This document shows positions 13,315 to 25,249 of a stretch of 64,000 nucleotides of DNA, piece by piece. The stretch's first letter is position 1, and each line of letters opens with the position of its first letter. The notes under the pieces are model-generated. The model did no database searches. It saw only the letters and a list, made by a program, of their open reading frames with translations, and had not been told where the DNA came from. The stretch comes from the human T2T-CHM13v2.0 reference genome, Homo sapiens, in assembly GCF_009914755.1 (NCBI RefSeq), contig NC_060934.1; one strand, given 5' to 3'. The position numbers were made by a program, and so were the translations under genes.

Positions 13315-13500
13315 TTCTCATTTGATTCTCATAACCCTGGGAAGTAAGTAAGGCCAGAATTTTTATTCCCATTTCTCAGATAAGGAAATGGAGGTTAGAG
13401 AAACATGAATGAGGCACATTTGCCATGCAACTTAGCACCTGGAACCTGACCTCAGGATTCTGAGTTCTAGCACAGCCTTTCTCCACTCTCCAGGCTCTCC
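13315..13500 (-). mobile_element. MIR SINE
   Basis: tctcatttgattctcataaccctggg...attcccatttctcagataaggaaatggaggttagaga. Confidence 0.75.
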
Positions 13501-14089
13501 ACCCTGAAGCCAGTCGCATATCACCCCAATAAACAGTTACAACGCCTCTGCCAACACAGGATCCCAAATTGCTGCCTCCGCCTCATCATCTTTCCCTTCT
13601 AGGCATGAGACTTTCCAGAAAAGGGCACAGATGGACAGAGCATCCTATGGTTCTGGAACCAGATGTATAATCTTAAGTCTGTTTTTTCCCCCTTTCAGAA
13701 TTAGCATTCCTTTATCTCATTCCTAAATATTCAGTCAAGTGTGTTAAATGCTGCGTCCCAATGCTTGTGTGCGTTTAGTGGCTGGACATAGGCCCATAGC
13801 CTTCAGCAGCAAGAAGGACCATGTTGCAAGGTCCACAACAGCCGTGAAGAGTGAAAGATGGACAGGAAATGTCAGCCTCCCTAGCGACCCCTGAAAGTCC
13901 TCAGGAAGGAAACTGGACTTTCTGCAACATTTCAGTCCAATTTTTTTTTTTTTTCTTAAAGCAAAGGGAGCCTGCAGGAAGCTGGACATCTGGGGACCTT
14001 TGGGTGACCTTAGTCAGTCTTAGCAGTTTGAACTTCATCTTCTGAGTTCCCCCTCTGGGCAATGGGGAGCAACCCATTGCTGCTCAGCT

Positions 14090-14842
14090 ATGGCCGCAAC
14101 AGATCCAGATTTCTGTCTGGGGTCTCTCCACTGGCAGAGGGAAAAGGGAGAAACAGGTGAGGTAGCAGGAAAAAGGCCCAGAAGGAAGAGAAAACCCAGT
14201 GAGAAAGTGGCAAGTCACTGAAGCAGGGAGGCTGCAGGCCGCAGCAGGAGGGCGCCACCCTGAGAATTCTCAGGAATCCATAGACTTGGACATTGACCAG
14301 GGAAGGGGGTTAGGCAGAGGGTGATAGAGGTTTCTGGAGGCTTGGCTGGGTATGCTCCCGACCCGGTTGCCTGGAGAGCAGGGTCACAGGTGGTGCTGCT
14401 TTGGTGAGAGAGCTTTCCAGAGATGCCCCTGTGAACCCTGAGTGCTTCTGGTTGTGTCTGTCCTCTTTGTTCTGCAGGATGCTCTTTTCTTCCTCAGCCT
14501 GCGTCATCCTGGAAGAGACACCTCAACCCAGCCCGACTCCAGAGGAGTCCTGGGGGCTCTGCTGACCGTTGCAGTGCCTCCACCAGAAAAATGTTAGGTG
14601 ACAACGTTGCAGGTGGATAGAAACCTCCATCCCTGAGTGAGTGAGGGACGAGGGAGCCCAGGGAAGTGCCTGGTTCTGCCTCCTCAGTCTGATCTTCTTG
14701 AAGCTGCCGGGTCACTGCTGATTTGCCTTCTGGCTGAAGGCATTGTCAGGATGAGAAAGAAGTGAGTGGCACACTCCGACAGTGCCACGGGGCAAGGACA
14801 GGTGTGGCAACGTGGAAGACTCCTGTGAAACTCACTGAGATG
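14090..14842 (-). pseudogene. Candidate decayed coding exon (block E)
   Basis: Strong acceptor ttttccttacctcaccccttctcctccctctag|C. Frame 14841-14497 has one stop (14748-14746), then shifts to the 14507-14310 ORF frame, which reopens after one stop to about 14090. Confidence 0.5.
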
Positions 14843-15796
14843 CTAGAGGGAGGAGAAGGGGTGAGGTAAGGAAAAGTGGCTGGACAAACTTGGATTTCCT
14901 CATGTTATCAAAGGAGTCTCCATCATGCTGGCTCCTGGGCACATCTGCTCACCTCCTTCCCCTGATTCCTGCGCCGCAGCCACCAGGGCCAGCCCCTGCA
15001 CTGGCAGCAGCATCTTTGCAGCCAGCTCCTCCTTGAGCCTTCAGCTCCTCCCACACTCAGACCTGTGTAGACCTACTCTGGAGGGTGCCCAGGAGTGCTG
15101 GGGAGGAGACGGAACTTCTAGCGGTTGCTAAGGATACAGGTTCAATTTCTTTTTATGTACATCCTGAGAGAAAGGCTCTCCAGTCCTCAACAATGCAGCC
15201 ATGTTGGATAATAGAAGGGGAATTTTTTTTTCTTAAGGATTTGCTAAGAAATGAACACCAGAAACCAATACTTCATTCTATTCATAATAATTTATTATGG
15301 CAGAAACAAATCAGTACAAAATAAAAGCAACGATAGCTGAAATGCTTGCTGTAAAGCTGTCAGAAGAATCAAAATTTCTTGTACATCCAGATCTGTAAAA
15401 ACTGATCTAGAAAATATTAGAGTTAAAAACTACTATGACCACAATAGAAAGTATAAAACTGGCAAAGACTAAAATGAATAAACGATATGTAGACAAGATA
15501 CTGATCTATGAATCAAAACTTGACTGCAAAATTTATTTGGGAGAAAACTGATCTTGATGAAAATAGTTTTGGTGAAATAATTCATTGACCAACTTTCTAT
15601 ATGGCAGCTAAATATTTCAAGTGTTTCTATTTTTATTTGAAATGGGTTTAACTGGATTTGCTCCAGAAAATACTTTATTCACAAAAACCCAATGTTGATA
15701 AATTTTTTTCAAATACTTACATTCATAAACTGTTGTCAAAGAATTCCCAGAATGAAAAATATGTGGAAAAAACAGCAGAATCAAAATGCTATGGAC

Positions 15797-17353
15797 CAAC
15801 TTCTGGTTCCAGACAAGATGGAGTAGACAAATTTCTCCCTAACTCCCTGACTAAGAGTAGCTAACAATCCCAGACCTCATATGTGAAATAAACATACAAT
15901 TCTGAATGGTGGAACGAAGAATGCAATGAGCTAGGGGACCTGGGCCTCGAGAAACAGCATAGTGGCAAGTCCCCAGGGGTTATCTTTTGCCTCCTTTATA
16001 TCTGGAATGAGGCACTGGAGAAGTGTGCAAATCAGAAACGTCAACAGACACAGACCAAAAAAAAAAAAAAAAAAAAAAAAAATAGACCCAAGAAAAGCTG
16101 GAGCTCTGTAGACTAAAGAATAGGGCCAGGGATAAAAATAATCTTAGACATTAGAGCAAAAACATGATCCATAAATGAAAATTTTGAGAAATCAAACTAC
16201 ATCAACATTTAAAACTTTTGCTCTGCAAATGACTCTGTTAAGAGAATGAAAACAAAAACAAACAAACAAACAAGAACCAAGATACATACTGGGAGAAAAT
16301 ACTTGCAAGCCACATATCTGACCGAAAGATGCATAGAAAGAATGATCAAAATTCAGCAGTAAATACCAACAATTCAGTTAGAAACTGGGCAAAAGATAGG
16401 CCATTTACCAGAAGATATATGGATGGCAAATAAGCATATTAAAATATATTCAAGATTATTACCCGTTAAGGAAATGCAAATTAGAATCACAATGAGATAC
16501 AATTACACACCTACCAGAACTGCTAAAACAAAAAAAAAAAGTACTTGGAAGTAATACCAAGTACTGTCAGGGATACAGAGAAACTGGATCCCTTATATGT
16601 TGCCTAGGGGATGCCAATGATACAAACGCTCTGGAAAATCATTTGTCAGTCTTAAAAAGCCAAGCAGGCACATAGAATACCACTCATCAGTTACATTCCT
16701 GGTCATATACCCCAGAGAAATGAAAACTGATGTCAAACAAAAATCTGAACCGAAACAACCCAAATCAACAACTTCTGTGAATGAATGGCTGAACAAATTG
16801 CTGCATGTCCATATAATGGAATACAGCTCGGCAGTAAACAAGAGCAAATTATCGCCGTACACAACTGGGTGGCTCTCCACAACATTATGCTGAATAAAAA
16901 AGCCAATATCAGAAGGTTATATACTGTAGGATCCCCTCTCTGGAACATTCTTAAACTAACAATGATAGAGATAGAAGGTGATTAGTGATGCAAGTTTTGG
17001 GATGGAGGAGGAGGAGAAGGGAAATGGATGTGACTGCAAAGTGATAGCACAAAGGGGACCCCTGTGATGACAGGGCAGTCCTATTCCTTGACTCGGTGAT
17101 TCCACCAACTGACATATGGGCTAAAATTGCATAGAACTAAATACAAACACACACACACACACACACATACACACAAGTACATGTAGAACTGGCAAAATCT
17201 CAATTGTGCCAATGTTAATTTTCCGGTTTTCATTCTGTGCTATAATTACATAAGCTTTCACCATTGGCAAAAGCTGTGTGAAGGATATAGGCATCTCTCT
17301 AAATTATCTTTCCAACTTCCTGTGAATCTATTACTCTTTCAAAATAAATAGTT
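15797..17353 (+). mobile_element. Old L1 (L1MD/L1MC-like) with 5' end joined directly to 3' end
   Basis: 5' terminus acttctggttccagacaagatggagt at ~15799. ORF2 3' part from ~16128. 3'UTR with aaattgcatagaactaaatac(ac)n, ending ctgtgaatctatt...caaaataaatagtt. Confidence 0.85.
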
Positions 17354-18022
17354 AAATGCAATGTAATGTGCCCACAAGCCCAGGGTTTACAGTAGACGCG
17401 ACTTACTCTTAGCTCAAAAATCCTCTGGCCTGACTCATCTTGGCTCATTCCCAAATTCAACCTTGATAATTAATAAGGATTGTTTTTACATTGATAATAT
17501 TTGCCATTTTCCAAATCTAGCAAATTCCTTTGAATCCCTATGGTTTTACATATGCCGTTTTCCTCATTTAAAGAATATTAATTCCCCTTCTCAGGCATAA
17601 TATCAACTCCTCTCCTTAGAAATTCAGCTCAAATTTCATTCCTCTGGTACATGCATTTTAATAAGAATTATATATATATTAACCATATATTAATTATATA
17701 TTAAAGAGAATTATATAAATATATTTGTATGCATATATATTACACATCACATATTGATCATATGTCATACAGCACGTGTCACATTATAATTGAATCACAG
17801 CTTCCCTCAAGGAGCCATATCTTTGATGAGAATATGTGGGTAATTGGGATTCAGGTGCCATAAGAGGGATGGGTGCCGGAAGGTCTAAATATTCTCAATC
17901 TGCATTGCAAATCTGAAAGTTTGTGTGTGTGTCTGCACGTGTGTGTGAGCATGCACACACAAATATATACGTATATACACATACATGCATGCTATGTTGC
18001 CTATATATAAAGATATGTAAAG

Positions 18023-18407
18023 TGTATGAATCCGTTCTCACACTGCTATAAAGAACTACCTGAGACTAGGTAATTTATAAAGAAAAGAGGTTTAATTGGC
18101 TCACAGTTCCATAGGCTGTACAGGAAGCATGGCTGGGGAGGCCTCAGGAAACTTACAATCATGGTGGAAGGCAAAGGGGAAGCTGGCATGTCCTACATTG
18201 CTGGAGCAGAAGGAAAAGAGCGAAGCTGGAAGTTCTACACACTTTTAAACAACTAGATTTCATGAGAACTCACTCACCATCACGAGAACAGCAAGGGGGG
18301 AGCCTGCTCTCATGATCTAATCACCTCCCTATAGGCCCCTCCTTCAACATGTGGGGATTACAATTCGACATGAGATTTGAGTGGGGACACAGAGCCAAAC
18401 CATATCA
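18023..18407 (-). mobile_element. MSTA solo LTR
   Basis: tgtat...ccgttctcacactgctataaagaactacctgagact...ggggacacagagccaaaccatatca. TSD taaag/tatag. Confidence 0.93.
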
Positions 18408-18616
18408 TATAGTATCTTTATGGGGCATGGATATATGTAATGCATATTTATTGATTATATACATGTATACATGTATGTGCATGTATGTACACACATTCAC
18501 ACATAAGCATACTCTCTTGGCTTTCTATCAAGGTGTGTATGTATATCACCATGTGACATAGATACAGATGGCACATGTAATACGCCTGCATCTGTACACA
18601 CACACAAAGAGCCCAC

Positions 18617-20432
18617 CATGGGGTCTTGGTTTCCGAAATGCAGATGGATAGTGTTCTCACTGCACAGCACCTGTTTCACCAGAGTTCTGTGCACTTAGTC
18701 CCTGCTCAGCCTGCAACTTTCTGGTTGTCCACCCAACGCAGACTTTTGTTGCCTGTCAGAACAGAGCTCCTGATGTTCCCAGATCCCAGGTCAAAATCCC
18801 TCCCCTCCTTCCGGGATTCTGCATCTGGTGGTGACTCCCAGATTTTGACTACAATGGGGGTGAGGGGGAGCCATTACTCCCCAGCTGGGCAGCAGCAACT
18901 TGCGCTCTCTTGGTCACAGCCTACCCCGTGGCTCAGTGGCCCCTGAGCTCTCCCAGGCAGGACTGGGCAGCAGTCCAACTCCTGCAGCTTCAGAGTCTAT
19001 GCAGTTCATGGAGGCACCTCCTCTCACTGGACACCCTTTCTCACCTTGGGGGAACAGAGGGCAGAGCACCCACAGGATGCCTGCACAGCATGGGTACCTG
19101 GCTATAGCTCCATTTACGACCGCTCTGTCCTTAATGTGGCTGGAAGTCTGAGACTTGTGGGATCTGTTCTTAGCCACTTCCTTTGTGAGTTCTGCACACC
19201 CCAATCTGCCCGACACTCACTTTGGCATTTACTTTTATCAAATTTAAACTGAGTGGAGAAGAGTTTATTATCTCGTTCAATATCCTTTACCAAAATTATT
19301 TGGTGATGAAACAGATGAAGAGAGGGGAAAACCAATCTTTTCCAAGAGATCTTTGCAGGCAAACACCCAAATTTCTGAGGCCTCAGAGTCCCTTCCACAT
19401 GGAGCATCTAGAACATTCTACACTAATCACTGGCCACGTTATGACAGAGCCAGACACAAGAGCAGCCCTTGCTGGTCCAGAGTTAACTCAAACACCCTAT
19501 GAGTGCCTCAGCCACATGAAACTTTATTGACAAGTGACACCCGGTCTGTTTCAGGGACTTTGGGGGAAAAACAGTCTCTGGGGCCCCTTCTCCATCTTTT
19601 GAAGATGTAGACGCTCAGGCAGGCAGATGGGGTTGGCAGCTTGCTCTCTTGATGCAACTCCAGGTCAGTGTTGGGACTGCAGCTGCCCCAGCAGGTCATC
19701 TGCTCTCTGAATATTATGTGTTAAGAAATCATAGTTGGGCAATGTGTTCCCAGAATCACTGTATTCTCCAAGTATAGCTTACATATGTCATTGCTTGTAT
19801 TTTATGTTCCTTTGACCTGGCTGTTACTTTCCAGTTGTTTCAAAAGCTTAAGACTGTTTTGTTACAGAGCTGGAACTTTTTAATACATGGCAGCAACATT
19901 TCATAAAATTGCAATGTCTAAAATGTCAAGTGTAATTGAAAGAATTTTGTATTTATTTCAGCTGTAAAACTGAAGGGAAACATTTGTATTACTTTTAGTC
20001 TTTTGTAATGCTCTGTGTTGATTTGTTTATTTTGCGAAAGGCACTACCCTAGGCTCCAGGTTTTCAAGGCGAGGTAAGAGCCAGCCCCCGCCCCGGGCGA
20101 GCATGGGAACTCCCAGATTCCTCGGGGCATCGCCTCTGGGTGGCAGTGGTGTAGGAACACACTTCCTCCTGCATGAACTGCAGTAAGAATCGCTTCAGAC
20201 TCAGCCGGCAGGGACGCTGGATGCTTCAGCCATTTCAGACCTTCAATAATGAACTGCTCCAAGCCAGTTGGAAATTTAAGAAACTTGGACTGGAGACCAT
20301 TTGCAGGATCCAACAGAGAGTGGTGACCTTCACCAGCCCCTTGTGAAACCTGAGATCCCATCTCTTCAGCAGGCAGTGGGGCGGGGACCCAAATGGAACT
20401 GAATGGGGGCTTTGCTCTGCAGTGCTGACAGT
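18617..20432 (-). pseudogene. Candidate decayed large coding exon (block D)
   Basis: Acceptor tttgtgccttcctctag|A at 20433/20432. Frame 20430-19759 has 3 stops in 224 codons, including an AT-rich part. Further overlapping minus-strand ORFs run to a donor-like CATG|GTGGGC at 18617/18616. Confidence 0.55.
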
Positions 20433-20589
20433 CTAGAGGAAGGCACAAATACCAACAGAATCTGAGCATTCCCTGAAGCCATTTCAATATGCAGTGCAGG
20501 TATAAATGGAGTGTCCATGCACCCACTCCTGACCTGCAGCTGGAAAGAGAGAGGCCCGAGGGATAGTGTGGAGGGAGTAGGCGGGTAGC

Positions 20590-20770
20590 ACCTTCTCCTG
20601 CTGGGTATGTGGCCTTGGGCAGGTCATCTAACCCAACAGAAGCTCATGTCCTTGTCTGTGACACAGAAATGGTGACAGTATCACACCTACCTCTTGGGCA
20701 AGTATTGAGTGCTCTCATATGTAAACGCCCCAAGGCCATGCTGGGGCACGCAGCAGCAGCCACTTATTGA
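20590..20770 (+). mobile_element. MIR SINE
   Basis: ctgggtatgtggccttgggcaggtcatctaacc...tctgtgacacagaaatggtgacagta...cctacctc. Confidence 0.75.
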
Positions 20771-21024
20771 GTCTCCAGCAGTCGGAGGAACAATTTCATG
20801 GGATGAAAAAAGCTGATTCCTTTAGTCAGTTTCAATCAAGAAACCTGAGCCTAAGGAAGAAGGAAAGTCCCCCATACCCCCAACCAGGAGCAAATAGTAG
20901 CCTGGGGCCCAGTGGTCACAGACAGCAAAGGATGTAGGGGTAGCAGCATCTTTGATGATGGCTGGGCAGTGCTACATGGAGCTGGCTGGTTAGCTTGGTT
21001 CCTGAAAATTGGAGCCTATTTATC

Positions 21025-21071
<47 letters not shown>
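21025..21071 (+). repeat. (TCTA)n microsatellite, about 11 perfect units
   Basis: Directly visible. Confidence 0.95.
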
Positions 21072-21279
21072 ACTAACTAGCTATCTTATCTATGCAGTCC
21101 TCCTTTCACTCTCTCTCTTTCTCTATCTTTGCTTCTATCTCCTTCTCTCTTCTCTCCCTCTCCTGCTCTCTTTGATCTCCGTCTTCTCTCCATCTTCTGC
21201 TCTCCCTCCTTCTCTTCTTCTGTCTCCATGTCTATCTCAGTCCCTAGATCCCACAGCACATCAGATCTACTCTCTTCTC

Positions 21280-21405
21280 AATCATTTCAATTCACAGACA
21301 GGGAAACAGAGGCCTGGAGACGGGGAAGGGGGCACCAGCAGCTTCCCATTGTCACACTGAGATTGGTATGGCCAGCTCAAAACTCAGACCTCTGTGCTCT
21401 GGAAC
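21280..21405 (-). mobile_element. MIR fragment
   Basis: ttcacagacagggaaacagaggcctggagacgggg...gtcacac. Confidence 0.6.
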
Positions 21406-21544
21406 AGCAGTCTCCAAGTGCGGGGTGAAGAAGCTTCAATGGGTATGGGAAGAAAACATTAAAATTTCTATTTATAATTTTTGCAACTCATGGTTTTAGA
21501 ATTTGTATTTTGTGTATGTTTTATAAAGCATACCATACAAGACA

Positions 21545-21846
21545 TATCTACTAATATCTATCTATCTGTTTATCTGTCTATCTATCATCTATCATCTATC
21601 TATCTATCATCTATCTATCATCTAACTATCTATCATCTATCTATCATCTATCATCTATCATCTATCTATAATCTATCATCTATCTATAATCTATCTATCA
21701 TCTATCTATCATCTATCTATCTATCATCTATCTATCTATCATCTATCTATCTATCATCTATCTATCATCTATCATCTATCTATCATCTATCTATTGTCTA
21801 TCATCTATCTATTATCTATCATCTATCTATCTATCATCTATCTATC

Positions 21847-21893
<47 letters not shown>

Positions 21894-21902
21894 ATCTATC
21901 TA
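21545..21902 (+). repeat. Complex (TCTA/TCA)n tetranucleotide array, about 360 bp
   Basis: Directly visible mix of TCTA and TCA units. Confidence 0.95.
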
Positions 21903-21927
21903 CTTAAAAGCACATCCATATACTCAC

Positions 21928-23171
21928 ACCGAGGGTAATATTTTGCTGACGGAAGTGTGATTGAAGTGTTTGGTGACCAGTGTCACCTGTTTATTGTGGG
22001 TAGGTGGGTTTGAAATTACTATCAAACCTGTCTCCTGTTGTTTAGTATTGAAACCTGTTTCTCCAGAGTTGGGTGCCTAGAACTGGGGACATACAAGTTG
22101 CTGCTGCTGACCATATCTAGAAGGATGGAAGGCAGCTAGACATTCCATAGGCCAACTGGTTTGCACAGAGGAGGTACGACTGCTTCTGAATCTCGTCTCA
22201 CCTATAAGCATCCCAATACACTTCTATTTCATGTGGTCAAGATCATTCCCCAGCCAAGGAGATGAGGTGCCCCCAGCTGGTTGCTTGTCAGTCACTGAAT
22301 CCCTTGGGCTCTCTCTGTGTCCCGATTATTGCCGTTGCCTGGCCTGGGTGTTGCCTGGCCTGGATGTTGCCTGCAGGAATAGCCGGAGGAGGCTGCTCAC
22401 CCATCAGTGCTAGCTCTCCAGCCCAGCTGCCTTCCACTGGTTCCTGGATACAGCATGTCATATCCCCACAGCAGGCAGAACTCAGAGGCCAGGAACAGGT
22501 TATTCTCAGGAAGGCACAGCTCAGACTCCATACCTTTCTTCTGGCTGGGCCCAGAGGCACTTCTCACGCATTCCTTGGCTCCAGTAAGGGTCCTGAGGAC
22601 ACAGCAGTTAGACTCAAAGCTCATCTTGAGTCTAGGTTTCCACATCTGACTCAAAGCTCTTTAAAGTGGCTTATGCAATTTTCCAGCTGAAAACTCGGGC
22701 CACCTCAGACTCCACCAGCAACAGAAGTTGAGAAGGCTAACTAAGGACCTTGAGGTGCTCAGTGCTTTGCATTCCCACTGCCAGTGACAGTCACCAGTGT
22801 TTCTCCCTTACATTCAGTCCTCACGTTCATGTCCCCAGCCCAGTGCCAGCCCAGCAAGTGAGCCAGTGTTTTCGCACACATGGAGATGCCTCATAGCCAG
22901 GGTGGCCTTATGACTGATCTTCTGAACTGGGACATTTGGGAGCACTAAACTGATTAAAGCAGGTGAATAAGCATAAACTATAGATGTGCCAGAGTCCCCT
23001 ACTTAGAGGAGACTGTATGGGCCACCAAGGCAAACCACTCACTTGTGCTGGGAGTAACTTGGGCCCATTTGCAGATGGTTCTGTTTGCAAATGGCCTGTC
23101 TGGCTCTGTTCAAAATTCGAGTCCTTACCACACTGTGAAAGAGATCTGTTAGCCAAGCAAAATTATTGCTC
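21928..23171 (-). pseudogene. Candidate decayed coding exon (block C)
   Basis: Acceptor ctttgacattttagctttccttaag|G at 23172/23171. Consensus donor GTGAGT at 21927-21922. Several overlapping minus-strand ORFs; the last ~108 codons have 2 stops. Confidence 0.5.
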
Positions 23172-23221
23172 CTTAAGGAAAGCTAAAATGTCAAAGTAGT
23201 GGACTCTTTACAAAGTCAAGC

Positions 23222-23583
23222 TGATATGGTTTGTTTGTGTCCTCATCCAAATCTCATCTTGAACTGTAGCTCCCAGAATTCCCTCGTGTTAGGGGAGAGA
23301 CCCAGTGAGAGATAATCAAATAATGGGGGTGGTTTCCCCCATACTGTTCTCATGGTAGTGAATCAGTCTCACTAGATCTGATGGTTTTATAAGGGGTTTC
23401 CCCTTTTGCTTAGTTCTCATTCTCTCTTGCCTGCCACCATGTAAGACGTGCCTTTTGCCTTTCACCATGATTGTGAGGTCTCCCCAGCCATGTGGAACTG
23501 TGAGTCCATTAAACCTCTTTCCCTTTATAAATTCCCCAGTCTGGGATATGTCTTTATTAGTAGCATGAGAAGGGGCTAATATG
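23222..23583 (+). mobile_element. THE1C-like solo LTR
   Basis: tgatatggtttg...aaatctcatcttgaactgtagctccca...tgagtccattaaacctc...gctaatatg. TSD caagc/caagg. Confidence 0.93.
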
Positions 23584-23808
23584 CAAGGCATTTGGGTTCA
23601 GAGATTTTCTTTTATGCTTTAGTAAAAGGACAACACTTCTCAGGGAAATCTCACCTCACTGCAGTAATTTCAGTCCCCTGCAGTCAAAGCCAGCATTCTG
23701 GTGGCCGTTTCTGAGTTTTGCTCAGGTACCTCTGTAGCCACAGATGTGGCCTAACACAAGCAACCCTGGGTGCCCACACCAGGCTGCATCACACGGTCTA
23801 TATTTTCT

Positions 23809-24016
23809 TTCTTTCTTTCTTTCTTTCTTTTTTTGAGACAGAGTCTCACTCTGTTACCCAGGCTGGAGTGAGCCTGTCTAATTTTTTGTATTTTTTTTAG
23901 TAGAGACGGTGTTTCACCATGTTAGCTAGGATGGTCTCGATCTCCTGACCTTGTGATCGGCCCGCCTCAGCCTCCCAAAGGGCTGGGATTTCAGGCGTGA
24001 GCCACCGTGCCTGGCC
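23809..24016 (-). mobile_element. AluY/Sc with ~100-bp internal deletion and 19-bp TSD
   Basis: Diagnostic gttagctaggatggtctcgatctcctgaccttgtgatc. TSD cacacggtctatattttct at 23790-23808 and 24017-24035. Confidence 0.93.
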
Positions 24017-25249
24017 CACACGGTCTATATTTTCTAAGCCATGGAGCCCAGGCTCCATGAGATCACACTCCCGTGTTGATTTTAAGTGGGCATTTGAAAT
24101 GCTTCTGCTGAGCTTCTGACTCGTGCTTTATCTCCAGCCCCCGCTCTGTGCTGCTGCGGGGTAGGTCTGGCCTGCGGCCTGTGGACTTCATTTAGCAGCC
24201 TCGGTCCTGCTGTCCAGGGGATCGTTGGCCCTGGGTCCTGACGCGGAGTTTAATACGTTCATAAACATGTTTTCAGTGATCCCTGCTCCCTGATATCTGG
24301 CATATTAACAAGTAAGTGCTGCTAGGGGAATAGAAACCAGAATTAAACCATCAGAGTCATATTTGGGGGGAAATCCTTTCCCTCTTCTGATTGCAGGCTA
24401 GGTTTTTTTTAATTTTATTTTATTTTAATAAAAAACAGAAGTGATGAATAGCTCCACCTTCTCCGGCACTAAGAAGGGGGTGCTTCAGATGCATGGAGTT
24501 CTCCTCCAGAGTTAAAATGTTGACAATCTGGGAAGCTTTTGTTTGTTTGTTTTAATTCCGGAAGCCAGTTTCAGATGATGAGGAAGAAAGGAAATGTGAT
24601 ACGGCTGAAAGACAAAAAGAACATATATACCAGACACAGATTTTAAAAAACAAAGCCCATCATTATACCATGTAGGAAGGTGAGATTTTTTTTTTTTCCA
24701 GAGAAGAACCTGTAAGTGGTCTGCCCTTGTCTGAAAACCTGGACAAGTGACACAGACTTTCCACCCATGGTGTTTTTAATTCCTCTGTCCATGTCACATT
24801 ATAGGAAAATCACCTGGGTCTTAGAGAGGCAGTATCTATTAATTCAATTGCACTCATTGCGAAATACACATGAGGTATTTCAATCTGGCAAGGTATACAC
24901 CATCGACCTTGAACAAAGGCCAATTTTTCGGTAACCAGAGCCACCAGAGGCCAGACTTCGTCAGAGCTTGAGGTTTAAACCCCTGTTTATTTGGGTATGG
25001 CACCAAACGAAGCATTTTCTTTATGTTCCAGCAGTTTCTGGAAAACCAGCTGTTCTAAATTTGGTTTAAAACATTTGTTAAAGTCACCAATAAATGAAAA
25101 GGAGAGGGAATCGAGCTGGCTTTGCAATAGGAAAAAGCTCTCACGTTTCCTTAAACAAGACGGGTTTTCCTTCTAGACTGGTTTTGTAGTTGGGCTTGTC
25201 TTTAGGGGATTGTTTCTGTCCAGGATTGAAGGGTTTTTCCGCTTCCATC

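Noticed and set aside
20041-20079. Possible plus-strand micro-exon (AG...GAG|GTAAGA)
   Set aside because: An isolated splice-like match, expected by chance, with no partner exons.
21481-21960. 159-aa ORF rich in I/Y/L/S/H
   Set aside because: Translation of the TCTA array.
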